Part shown: one piece after another, positions 1 through 11,367 of the stretch | Layout of the letters: each line of letters opens with the position of its first letter | Numbering within the stretch: the stretch's first letter is position 1 | Assembly (NCBI GenBank): GCA_028023455.1 | Contig: JAQFVV010000007.1 | Location: forward strand, 10,974,001-11,038,000 | Origin: Epiperipatus broadwayi | Lineage: Eukaryota; Animalia; Onychophora | Length of the DNA: 64,000 bases | Reading direction: 5' to 3' | Notes under the pieces: model-generated | The model's input: the letters and a program-made list of their open reading frames with translations, nothing else | Told to the model about the DNA's origin: nothing | Databases searched by the model: none | Position numbers and translations under genes: made by a program

Positions 1-210
1 AATATGATTTTCAATGTATAATAGATTATGTATGTCTATTTTTTTATTTTGTATAAAGTATATGTAATATCAATTAAAATAAGTTCAATGTAAATATAAA
101 GAATTAATCTAAATACAACTTTTTTATGCATTTAACATAATGCCAAAACATTTTATTATATTTAAACTTTCAAAATATCTGTGTTTCTGTTGTTCAACAT
201 TCTTTTTAAA

Positions 211-252
211 AGATTACTGAAGAGGATTGTTACACAGTCAAAACTGTCAGCT
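211..252 (+). ncRNA. Degenerate hammerhead ribozyme motif (family E)
   Basis: CTGAAGA (217-223), stem II GATTG/CAGTC, AAAA in place of GAAA (CpG-type change), then CTGTC; helix I does not pair convincingly. Confidence 0.45.
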
Positions 253-540
253 ATTTTGAAAGTTTTAATAATATAAAGTATTGTACTCGAATTGTGTAAA
301 GCACATGGAAGAATATATTGGTATTGTTTGCTTACATTACTATTAATATAGCCAATACAGCAGAAAAAGGAAAATATTTAATATTTATTAATTTAAATAC
401 TGAAAAATAACTCCATTTTTAATTTGAGTTGGTCATTTTCTTTTAGCAATTATGAAGTTTGTTATAATACCCACTTATATGTAAATATTATTTAAAATGT
501 ACAACTGACAACTGATTTTTTATGTAAAGTATTATAACTT

Positions 541-630
541 TATCTTTCTGAAAAAGATAGCTGGGGCAATTGAAACTATCAATAGTGGGTTGTAGTTATA
601 TAAAGCAATATAAAAGTAATAAAGAATGTA
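541..630 (+). repeat. Family E repeat with degenerate hammerhead motif
   Basis: tctttCTGAAAAAGATAGCTGGGGCAATTGAAACTATC; similar to the copies at 29690-29805 and 30715-30762. Confidence 0.5.
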
Positions 631-1692
631 AATGATATGAATATTATATGACCTTCTATACTAAATGATTTAATAATAAATATTATTATTAAATGTAAAA
701 GTTGAGAAGCAAGAGAAACATAAACATATCAAAGATTTATTTACCATTTCTGAGACATCATCATCTTTATTCATCAACAAATTGAGTTTATATGATAGGT
801 ATATTGATTAGTAATGTTTTAGGAATTGTTATTAATATAAGAACAGTTGGATTTACTTATTATTAATTGATATCTCTCTAAACAGATGGCAAGAAGGATT
901 TTCCAAATTACAACCATCTTAAATAATGATTAGTCAGTTTTTTGTAATGTGGTGTGGTAATTAAGCAGAAAATATTTTAAGCACTGTAATTGGAGATTAA
1001 ATATATCCATGTTTCTTTACATATATTTCCATCTGTGTTAATTATATATATATATATTTGAAGTTAACTTTATAAAGAAATGTTTATATTCTAAATTTTA
1101 CTCATTAAATAACTGTGACTTACTTAGGAACATAATAAAATTACTAATATATATATGTATAATTTTTTACAATGCTAGATAGTTCACAAATATAAATCAC
1201 TTGAAAGCAACATAAACTTATCTACACCATAAATTTTCAGTCAGTTGTCAAGGCAACTTGTAATAGTAAAACGTTCTCTATTTACTTATGAAAGTTGTGT
1301 TGGAAACAGATTGAAAATTTATCATTTAGGAAAGTTTGGGCCATTAACATGTGGTTTATACATATGCAAACATTAAAATATTTCATGATTTTTCTATATA
1401 TGTAAAAATCTAGATAAAATTTCAGCTATGATACAATCATGAAAGCAAACAATTAAACTGGTAATAGAAGCTGAAATCATGCTATCTAGTATTAAAAATA
1501 ATAGTACATGATATAACCAATATTAGACCAAAAAGGGGGGAAATCACTCTAGATTGGAGACCCATGGTCAGTCAGAAATAGATACTCTGAAAGTGTAAAA
1601 ATTTGAAATATAATCACTTCTTTAAATTTTCACAAGCAGTTGAAATACCCCCCCAAAAAGATAATATTTTAAAGATTTTCATTAACTCTTAA

Positions 1693-1936
1693 GATGTTAT
1701 ATTTCTGTAGGGTAATTTTCACTACATGACTCTCACACAAAGTAGGAACTGGTTTCTATTCACTTTGAAAATCTTGCATAGGGGTGTAATTAGAAATATA
1801 TTACCAATCACATGTGAATAAGATGTATGATTCACAAGATGCACACTTCCCACAGGGTGTTAAAAGTGAATAGAAACCAGTCCTTATATGCATGAACGTT
1901 ATGTAGTGAGAAATTACACTACAGAAATATTATTCC
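1693..1936. mobile_element. MITE with about 75-bp imperfect TIRs flanked by TTAA (Kolobok/piggyBac-type target)
   Basis: atttctgtag...ggtttctattcacttt is inverted against aaaagtgaatagaaaccag...ctacagaaat; TTAA at 1689-1692 and 1937-1940. Confidence 0.65.
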
Positions 1937-3364
1937 TTAAATGGATAATCTCTAGTCTAATGAATAACTAATAAAAATTATTAATATAATGCTTTAGATG
2001 TAAATATTGAAATAGAATAGAATTTTTACCTGTAATAATTTAGATAACATTTCAGTTGCATTGATTATTTATTGAAGTTTTCATCCATAGATTCCATAAA
2101 AATCATTACATTATTATATTTAATGGTACAAAAAATGGAAGGAAATATGTGGAAATGGCAAATCATCATCTCTACTTATCACAATAATGATAAACAAATA
2201 TCGAATAATAAATATAAAAGGAACATGAAAATTAGAAAATCAGAATACAACAAAATATAAGTAATTAAAACAACTATACTTATAAGCTGCAATATTATCA
2301 ACATTACACATGAATAATCAAATCAACAATCAACAGCCATCCTTGTGACTGGATCTAAAAGAAGTACATAACAAACAGGCTAATGATATAACCACTGCCA
2401 AACTTAAGGCAAGATATACAAACATTATTTCGTCCCCATGAAAATGCTATAATATCTATCAGAATATGAAAAAGAATGCTGATAGACTTAAGAATACTGA
2501 AATAACTATGCATGGTAGTCATCATCAATGCTCTGACCATGTGGTATCATCAGTGTATAGGCCAACTAAAACAAAATTTTCTTCTAACAAAAAAAATAAA
2601 ATAAAGTGAATGAACTTTAAAGGTAATGCCTTTGCACATTCCAGAAAAGTATATGGATGCACAAAAATAACCCCCCACAGATAATAACCATTATTGCTCT
2701 CTAGAGCTAGTTCAATATCACAAAATCCTAGGAGCCAGGACTATGAAAAGAGAAATAAATGTATAAATTTACTTTAATATAATTGGAATGGTCTTACTGG
2801 GTAATTTACAAATCCCTAAAACACCATGCTCTGAGAAAATCAAGTCACACACACTACTAATTCATAGAACAGATAACTGGAGGAATAATTTTTTTAAAAT
2901 AATTATTTAATAAATTTATAAATAATTAAGAAAATTGACAAAAAATTGATAATATGATAATTTAAATTTAAATATATTTTTATCAAAAAAATATAATTTT
3001 ATATAGTAATATTTCTAAGCATAAATTAACTTTATTCATACTTTTAATAACTATCTCAATCTACTTTTAACTCACTATTAAATAAATCATACTTAAGCAT
3101 TTATTATTATCTAGTGATGCATTTATATTAAATACTAGAAGTACAGTTTAATAACTTTCAAGTAATCATAAATTATATTTTGTACTAATAATTACTTTAT
3201 TATTGTAAATTATATTAATGGATATGAATTTATATAGACCAGTTTATACATTTTATTAGTAAATAAATTTAATCATCTCTCCTTTTATTTTTTATCATTA
3301 TTATTATTTTTTAATATAGCATGAATATATAGCTTAAAGTAGTGACTGTGATGTGCAAAAGCAC

Positions 3365-4670
3365 AGGTCACAATTTATATATACAATCAGTGCTCAGTTT
3401 ATATTAAGATAGCAAATCATCAAACTTTAACGGACAATATTCAATCATTGCTACTCTCTAACCCTCAGCCATTCATGTCATTGAAAATTCAAGAAAGAAA
3501 TACTAAAAGGCCTTTTTGATGCCAATATTATTCTCATGCCCATGTTGACTTTAAGTCACTGTGATCCCTCACATGTATATTGGACCAACTCATTAGAGCT
3601 GGTTCAGTATGAAATATGTATATTGGAGATCATTTAGCTTTTTACATGAATGTAACTATGTGCATCACTTATAGAAGATTGAGGGTGTAGATGTAAGGAG
3701 CTTGAAAGTTTGAGTTCAAGTTCTTTCTAATTACATTAAGTTCAGTGTATACACTACTATTTGAATATTACATATTCAGCCATTCAGCCTGTTTCTACCT
3801 ATTCCTCTTCTCTGTATTTAAATGGACATACTAAGATCATATGCATGAGGGATCAGTGACATAAAGTGAAGATTGGTATGAACATAATATTAGCATCAAC
3901 AAGGTCTTTGGCTGTTCTATCATCATATTTTCAATGATATGAATGACTGAAGAGATAGCAGTTGAAAAAAATTAAATCATGCCCATTAAAATATAAAAAT
4001 TTGCTGTCTTAATATAAATTGAGTACAGATTGTATATATGTGTGGTAGGACTAACTGATGAATGTTGGTTCATCTTGAGATATGTATATTGAAGATTTTT
4101 TTTTTTACATGTATGTGGTCATCTGTATCAGTTGTATAAGATTGACTGGATACTTGTAAGCAGCTAGAAAGTTTGAATTGAAATCTCTTATAATTACATT
4201 CTGTTTACCTTGGACAATATACATGTATGTAAATGTAACATATTTAGCCTGCATTATGCCCATTCCTATTCTGTATAATTAAATAGATATATTAAGATCT
4301 TATGCATGAAAGGTCAGCCCAATCATAGATCAATATAAATATGACAATAATATTGGCATCAACAAGGGCTTTGAAAATTTTATTCTTGGATTTTCAATGA
4401 TATAGATTGCTGAAGAATTGGAGAATGGCAAGATTGAAGTTTGTCCATTACAGTTTGATGATTTGCTATCTTAATAGAAATTGAACATTGATTTTAGATA
4501 TGTATGGGATATGGTGATGCAACTGATTAGTGCTGGTACAATATAAAATATATATATTGAAGATCATGTTTTTTACATGTATGTTATTATGTGTATTGTT
4601 TGTATAAAATGAATTAGATAGCTGTAGGAAGTTTGAAAGTTTAAGTTCATGTTTCATAATATATACAAAC
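3365..4670 (+). mobile_element. Family C retrozyme-like array: inverted 5' segment plus about 2.4 tandem 467-bp monomers, each with a degenerate hammerhead
   Basis: HHR cores at 3589, 4055 and 4523 (spacing 466 and 468); monomers align throughout; 3365-3575 is the reverse complement of the monomer's second half. Confidence 0.8.
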
Positions 4671-4699
4671 ATTAAAAGCCTAAAGCTAAATTAGTGAAT

Positions 4700-5840
4700 A
4701 AAATAATCAAAATTACCCAAATTTACATTTCAACAAAACTCACCAAAACTTATATCTCAAACACAACCAATGGTTTCACTTCTACAAGGAAACTTTTCAA
4801 GTGTAAATAAACTACAAAATAACAATAAATTTAAACTAAACATACCCACAATTCCACTTACAGACTATACACAATTAGTATTAAAAGAACTTTTAAATAA
4901 ATTAATTGTTTCATAATAATAAATAAAGATTCTTTAATTCTTCTTTTAATTTCATTTCTCTCAAAGGCAACAACTTTAGCTTCATCAAAATTAATAGTGT
5001 GGACTGTATCTTTTTCATGAATATATAAATCAGAATTAAGATATTTATTTTTAACTGTACTTTTATGTGACCTTATTCTTTCATTTAAGCTCAAACCACT
5101 CTGATCTATATATACCTTCTTACAAAAACAAGGGATAATATAGTGTACTCCAGGAATAATCTTTCTATCAAAAATTTCCTTTGTATTATTTAAAACATTA
5201 TTCAAAACCCCCTTTTCAAACAATTTTTTATTAATAAACAAATTACTATTATCACTTACATTTCTATAAGAAGACGATTTCAATGGCAAAGAAATAAAAT
5301 ATTTTTTCATTATTTTATACATTATTATAAATATTATTATTAAATAAAATACTTTTAACAAATTTATCAGAATAGCCAACACTCAAATAATCTATATAAA
5401 ATTGATCTTTTTGAAACAAAGAAACAAAGCTATCCCATTAGATTTAATTAATCTCTTATTTCTATAACAATAATTTCTTAAAGCAACTACTTTATGTGGT
5501 ACATATTAATAGCTATCAGGTTTAATTATAGACCTTAACTCTTTACTCTTATCATAATGACTACATATCAAATAATTATTCTTTACATTTCTAATCATCA
5601 ATAAATATAAAAATTTTAACTTAAAAAAATCTAATTCCACTCCTTCTGCAACATATTTTATAGAAGGGTCAAAACAATTAAAGTCATTTACCAAATATTT
5701 AAATTTATCATTCTCAACTACAAACAAACAATCATCAACATATCTAACAAATAATATTAAATATAAACAATCCTTCTTTATAACAATTTCCTCTTCCAAA
5801 TAATTAATTTAAACTGAATAAATTAATGGAGAAATAATAT
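4700..5840 (-). pseudogene. Penelope-like element remnant: RT C-terminus, GIY-YIG endonuclease and 3' pLTR
   Basis: ORF 5506-5799 has FVRYVDDCLF (RT); ORF 4858-5382 has HYIIPCFCKKVYIDQSGLSLNERIRSHK...FERNEIKRRIKESLFI (GIY-YIG type); degenerate HHR at 4761-4804. Confidence 0.85.
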
Positions 5841-5904
5841 TACCTATTATCTACCCTTCTTTGGTATTTTTTATAAGACTAAGAAAGAATGAATAATAGA
5901 TTAT

Positions 5905-6330
5905 ATTATTTCTTAATTAATTTGTTCAGTTTATATTAATTATTTGGAAGAGGAAATTATTATTAAGAAGGATTGTTTTTTAAGAAGGTATATATTGATT
6001 GGAGTGATTTGAGCTTAAATGAAAAAAGAAGGTGTATAAACGTAGGTTTAGAAATAAATATTTTAGTTCTGATTTATATATCCATGATAAAGATGCAGAT
6101 TGCACTATTAATTTTGATGAGACTAAGGTTGCTCTCTTTGCAAGAAATGAAATGAAAAGAAGAATTAAAAAAACTTTATTATTACACATTTATGATTTTG
6201 AAGTAATTAACATGTTTAAAAGTTCTTTTAATATTAAGCTTAGTTGAAATATGTTATTTTCTAATTTTTTATATTTGAGATGTCTGCTTGCATCAGAAAA
6301 AACATTGGTTATGTTTTAGACTTTATTTTT
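5905..6330 (+). mobile_element. Inverted, internally deleted copy of the same Penelope element
   Basis: 5905-5975 is the reverse complement of 5765-5840, then the copy jumps to the GIY-YIG region (KKVYID..., YFSSDLYIHDKDADCTINFDETKV). Confidence 0.8.
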
Positions 6331-6707
6331 TGACTAATCTGACTGTGTTTCCAATATCAATAACAATCAACAATCACCAACTGTTGTCAAGGAAACTTCA
6401 TTTATATACGGATTCATGGCAAAATAGCTTTTAGCATGAATTAGATTCTAATGGAATTTAGACAATATTTGTGTAATTAAAAATTCAATTAAGCTTTGGA
6501 TTTCTTTTAGATTGTTGTCTGTAGTTAGCTATTTATGTTTTTATTACTACATGGGTGTCTATCTATTCTTACTAAAGAAAAAAAAGTTAAAATGCTTTGT
6601 TCTCTCTAGCCCAAAGTTAACTTGATTGGTAAGCTCGTTCTTATTGTGTTTTTTTTAGAAATGTTAAAGTTTTTGCACTTCAATGACCACTTAAAGATGC
6701 TGCTTCA

Positions 6708-6739
<32 letters not shown>

Positions 6740-6743
<4 letters not shown>

Positions 6744-6753
6744 CCCATTGTTC

Positions 6754-6789
<36 letters not shown>

Positions 6790-6803
6790 GAACAATGGGC
6801 TTA
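6740..6803. repeat. Perfect 64-bp palindrome centred on a (TA)n tract
   Basis: taagcccattgttcacaaa-(ta)n-tttgtgaacaatgggctta. Confidence 0.9.
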
Positions 6804-7344
6804 ATGAGTTTTCTAATTCTTGACATTTTTGCTTTCATTTATTTTTTTCATGTGGGAGTTTAATCTAAGTTGCAATTGCATTTTTTCAAAATCCAATTTA
6901 AATATACCAATTTTTTTAAGGATCATACTGATATTTGTGACTTTATTCTTAAATTATTTAACACACTCAATTGATCATTTCATCTGCTCATGTTGTCTTG
7001 TTAGTTGTGTATAATATTAATTAACACACAGTGTTGTCACGACAAATTGGTAATTAGTTATTTGACAATCGTGAAAACTCCATAAATCATAATTTAAGCA
7101 ATGAGTAAAAATTAATAAACCTGTCTATACCACATGTCTAGATAACTAACAACATTGTTACATAGTATTCATTCATTTTATTTATTACTTATGTTATATC
7201 TTCTGGCATTATAAAAATATCCCTAGTGAGGATTAATATAAGCTATACAGGTTGTCTAGAAATGTTTTTGAGGAACATCCTAATGTAGAATTTGTATTTT
7301 ATTTAAAGATTAAATATAATATTGCCTCTTTTTGGATTATGAAA

Positions 7345-8190
7345 TTACTAACAAATACATTTTAGACATTCCACCCACACATTCTTAAAACATATGACAG
7401 AAAAGCATTTGAAAAGGTAAATCTTTTATCTCTTTCTGATGTTTTTATTCATATGTTTCAAGTTGGGATGAGTGTTTTAAATAACTCTAAAAAATGTTAC
7501 TCATAGAATAAGGCCAATGAAGTTGGATTTATTATTCCACATGTTTGTATATAATTAAAAAGCAGATATATTAATCGTTAACTGTTGTTTAAAGTTTATA
7601 TCTGGGCTAGGAGTAATATGATAATCTGCAGACCAGTAAATAATTAGTAATAACCATTAATGTATATATCAGAAGCAGTTGGTATCAAATATGTGAACAT
7701 AGAATGTTTGAAACTTGTAAATCCAATTGTAATAAAAACTTTTATTGGAAGCAATAATTTACAAAAAAAAAAAAAGAATTACATAAAACATTCTTTCCAC
7801 CACATATTCTTGAAATATAAGAATAAATAAATTATTTAACTCATTTAGATGTCTTAGTTCATATGTTTCAAGAATGTGTTGTGGAGAAAGTGTTTTAATA
7901 ATTCTCGTAAAGTATTACACATGCAAAGAATCAGCGGCGTTGTTTTCATTATTCCATATGTTGACTACAATTAAAAGCAAATATATTACTCTTTACCTGA
8001 TAATTAAAGTTGATATCTGGGCTAAGAATATTATGATAATATCTAGCTAAGTAATTGATTGGTTATATTCATTAACAAATTCAACTGAAGTGGATGGTGT
8101 CCAAGATGTGAGACCAAAATATTTCAAATTTGTAAATCAAACTGTAAGAAAATTTTTTATTGTAGCTAATTTTTTTGCAGAAATATATGT
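7345..8190. repeat. Diverged tandem duplication, unit about 430-440 bp (family K)
   Basis: Shared blocks in the same order, e.g. catatgtttcaag, attattcca(c/t)atg, aaagtt(t/g)atatctgggcta, ttgtaaatc. Confidence 0.7.
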
Positions 8191-8589
8191 GAGAGTATAA
8201 GTACATGCAGGGAAAACATTAGCTCTCAAATAGCTTAAGTAGTAATTATGAAGTTGTTGCAGAAATAAGAATTGTGTCACAAGGTTGTTGATAGTATATA
8301 AGTGATTATCTTTTGTTTGATTTATTCTTTACTGTTTGACTTATTTGTTTTTTTACAAAAATAGCTCATTATTAATACTGTATTGAACCGCATTAATCAG
8401 TTGCATCTGATTACAAAAAAAATGTTAACCATTCATTGTATAATATGTTTAAATTGTTTTAAATAGGCAGACTGCTATTTACATAATTACAAAGGAATTG
8501 CTATTGCTATTAACAAATAACCATACTACATATATTTATACATGCACACGCAACATAAAAGCAATATACAGATTTGTGACTACTCATCA

Positions 8590-8890
8590 AAATTTGGAGA
8601 GATGTGTGTTGGGAGTCATTAGAAGGAATAGAACGCAAATTATTTGAGTGAGCGAAAACAATTGGGGGCATTGGAAATCATTGCAGAAATTTAGTATCTG
8701 AAATAGAACTGGGCTGAATAAATTTTTAGAAAAAATGATAATAGTTATATACGGGATTTTGTGAGATCATGAAAAGACCTAGAGGCAGGCACTACATGAG
8801 ATAGATGGATGAAATTGGTATGAGGAGAGGTTATGGATTGGAGAATTTGGATTATTCTTAAATCATATAAATGATTCCAAATAATGAAGA
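8590..8890 (+). pseudogene. RTE-clade LINE ORF C-terminal remnant
   Basis: Frame-disrupted ERCVLGVIRR...RPRGRHYMR*MDEI resembles the RTE C-terminal MERxMLG...RGRPxxRWxD pattern. Confidence 0.65.
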
Positions 8891-9044
8891 TGATTAGTTT
8901 GTATGCATTATTATATTATATGTATATATTTTAATTGTGCATATATTATGAAATTTTGTAATTTTAAAATATCCATAGGAAATCATAAAAAAAAAAAAAA
9001 ATTGTATACTTTGTTGATCGGGATGTTGTATAAACTTCAAGCAT

Positions 9045-9112
9045 AGCAATCGAGCCACAACTCACGGACTTTGAGCTTTAGAGTCCAATACTTTATTATT
9101 GAACTATACACA
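9045..9112 (-). mobile_element. Degenerate tRNA-derived SINE-like head
   Basis: gtatagttcaataataaagtattggactctaaagctcaaagtccgtgagttgtggctc has tRNA-like spacing with decayed A and B boxes. Confidence 0.4.
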
Positions 9113-9840
9113 CGTGATTATATGAGTCATTGTTATATAGAAATTAGTTATATATGACTAATTCCCATATTCTTTTTGACTAATTCCGATATTCTTTTTA
9201 TTTTTTCAAGTTTGCATTTTTTTTTGGTCGCACCATTTATTGAAATGTGTCATTTTATTTTTAATATGAATTCAGGATTTCTATAAATGCTGTATATATT
9301 TTTCAGAACAAACATTTGCATTATTACAAGTAATAGCAATTCTCTTAATGATATCACTTAAATTTTTTGTAATTTCAACAAATAAATTAACCAATAAAAG
9401 AAATCACATTTGTTAGTAAAAGAAGGTACATTTTAGCGTTTTGAATTTTTTACATTCATTTGAATAATGCTGATTGAATTAAAAATGCTCAAAAGAAACT
9501 GATTGAAATCATTTCTAAACCCTTACTCTGCTGGATTATAATGCAATCCACACACTTAAAATTTTAATAAGGAATATCATTAACATATACAAAAATATAA
9601 ATATATTTTCCACTTCCCTTTATGATTGTCAATTAAACTGCTGATATAATAAATAATTTTATGATTTAGTTTGGATAATGTTGTTTAACATTTAGTTTTT
9701 TGATTAGACACCATTTGTAAACAAACAGTTTTATAGTGACTCTACACAAACAAGTCTGTGAAAGGAAAATACATCCACAAATATCATATGCAAATTGCAA
9801 TATTAGTAGGTACTTTCTTTGCCCTCTTTATGCCACATAT

Positions 9841-10020
9841 TGTAAGTTTTAGAAAGCAATGATAATAATGGTCCAATTGCATTATTCCAGGATCCAAAGT
9901 TTCTCACTGATGAAAGCCATATGCTTGAAACTAGTCTGGGGATTTTGGATAAGAAAGCATAGCATAGGGATTTATTAAGCACTGTCTTCTGACAATTATC
10001 ATTACTTTCTAAAGTTTACA
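9841..10020. mobile_element. 180-bp cassette with about 30-bp inverted ends enclosing a hammerhead (family B-related)
   Basis: tgtaagttttagaaagcaatgataat is inverted against attatcattactttctaaagtttaca. Confidence 0.65.
9892..9950 (+). ncRNA. Type I hammerhead ribozyme with intact core
   Basis: Helix I atccaaa-gt-ttctca / tgggga-t-tttggat; CTGATGA 9907-9913; helix II AAGC-catat-GCTT; GAAA 9927-9930; palindromic helix III ACTAGT; predicted GUC cleavage after 9936. Confidence 0.9.
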
Positions 10021-11249
10021 GTAAATGGGCTTGATAAATATACTATTAAAGTAGCAATTTGTAAGATAAAGTCATGTGATGGTCATGTCACATTTCATTG
10101 GTTTATATCAAATGCCAATATCATATAATTGTCATCTCACTGATGTTATTTTGCATTAATGTTTTTATTTTTAAAAAAGACTGACCACTAAGTTATCTTT
10201 GTACTTTAAGTAGGCAATATGTCATTTAAAGCCATTTGAAGTTTAAACAAATATGCATGATGATATATAGTCCTATCTCTTGAAGTGTGAACAATATATT
10301 TCTTATCAAAATCTACTACATTAATTGCTATTTTTACATACTCAATTAAAACCTTCTGAAGATTTATTTCAGTTGGATGAATTACATGTCAAGCATCAAC
10401 TGATCAATTCTTTAAAGAAATCACTGTCATACTAATGTTAAAATACAGACATATTACAGTGTTGGGTTGGTATGTTCACCATTTTGCATGTATGAACATT
10501 CCAAACTATCTTTTATATTTTTAATCACTAATATCTTTTTCCAAAAAAATCAATTAACATTGCATGTCTTTAGAAAGATGTTGGAATGTAAACAGGATCT
10601 GTTCTTCTACAAGTCCATGCTCACATTCATCATAAAACCCTTTTAAGAAGTCTGTTAATATTTGTATTTACATATTGGACTATTTACATAACTAAGCTAG
10701 AAAGCAATTCAAACTTTTCTGAACATGGAAAGACACATTTTCCAATCAACCACTGCAATTGTTGTCTGTTCTGAAAGAAACAACACCAAAGATAAGGTAA
10801 AGGAAGCATGGTATATAGCAAGCGATCCTACATCAATCAATGGATGCATTCTTTTCTCTTCTCAAAATATGATCTCTTTAATCACTTTGCATTAATTTGC
10901 ATATATTTGCATACTACACTTGTATAGTTCTCAACACTTTAATAGCTATGATTATGGAAGCATAAAGTCTTTTGAAAGCGCTCAGCTTATTAAATTGCAG
11001 AGTATTATATGCTTTTACAAACTTATTTATTTGTGAGCAAAGCACATATATATGTTATAGATTACATGCTAATGACGTAAATATTTAATCATCTAACATT
11101 AAGTATTGAATGTCTTTAGAAAAAAAAAAAACTTTAGTTAAATTTTCCGATTACATTTAACTGTTAGTAAATAACACACAAGTTAGTATATGCACAACAT
11201 TTGGATAGGTATTATTCTCCTCTTTTTTAGGAGTTGCTGGCTTGGCCAG

Positions 11250-11367
11250 TGACAGTACTTAATCAGTGACAGTACTAGTATGGGAATCAAATCTGCAAAC
11301 CTGGACTCTTAGATTTTTAAATATTGAATTTTAAAGGTAACATTCTAACCAATCGAGCCATATTGCC
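11250..11367 (-). mobile_element. tRNA-derived SINE-like head
   Basis: Minus strand has A-box-like TGGCTCGATTGG and B-box-like GATTTGATTCC; the spacing is too long and irregular for a tRNA gene. Confidence 0.5.

Noticed and set aside
2520-2560. Minus-strand CTGATGA-TACC-acat-GGTC as a hammerhead
   Set aside because: No GAAA and no helix I partner
10250-11050. Possible hAT (SPIN/GTF2IRD2-like) transposase remnant on the minus strand
   Set aside because: Only loose similarity (FLKGFYDECEHGLVEEQILF); no diagnostic motif or termini could be confirmed
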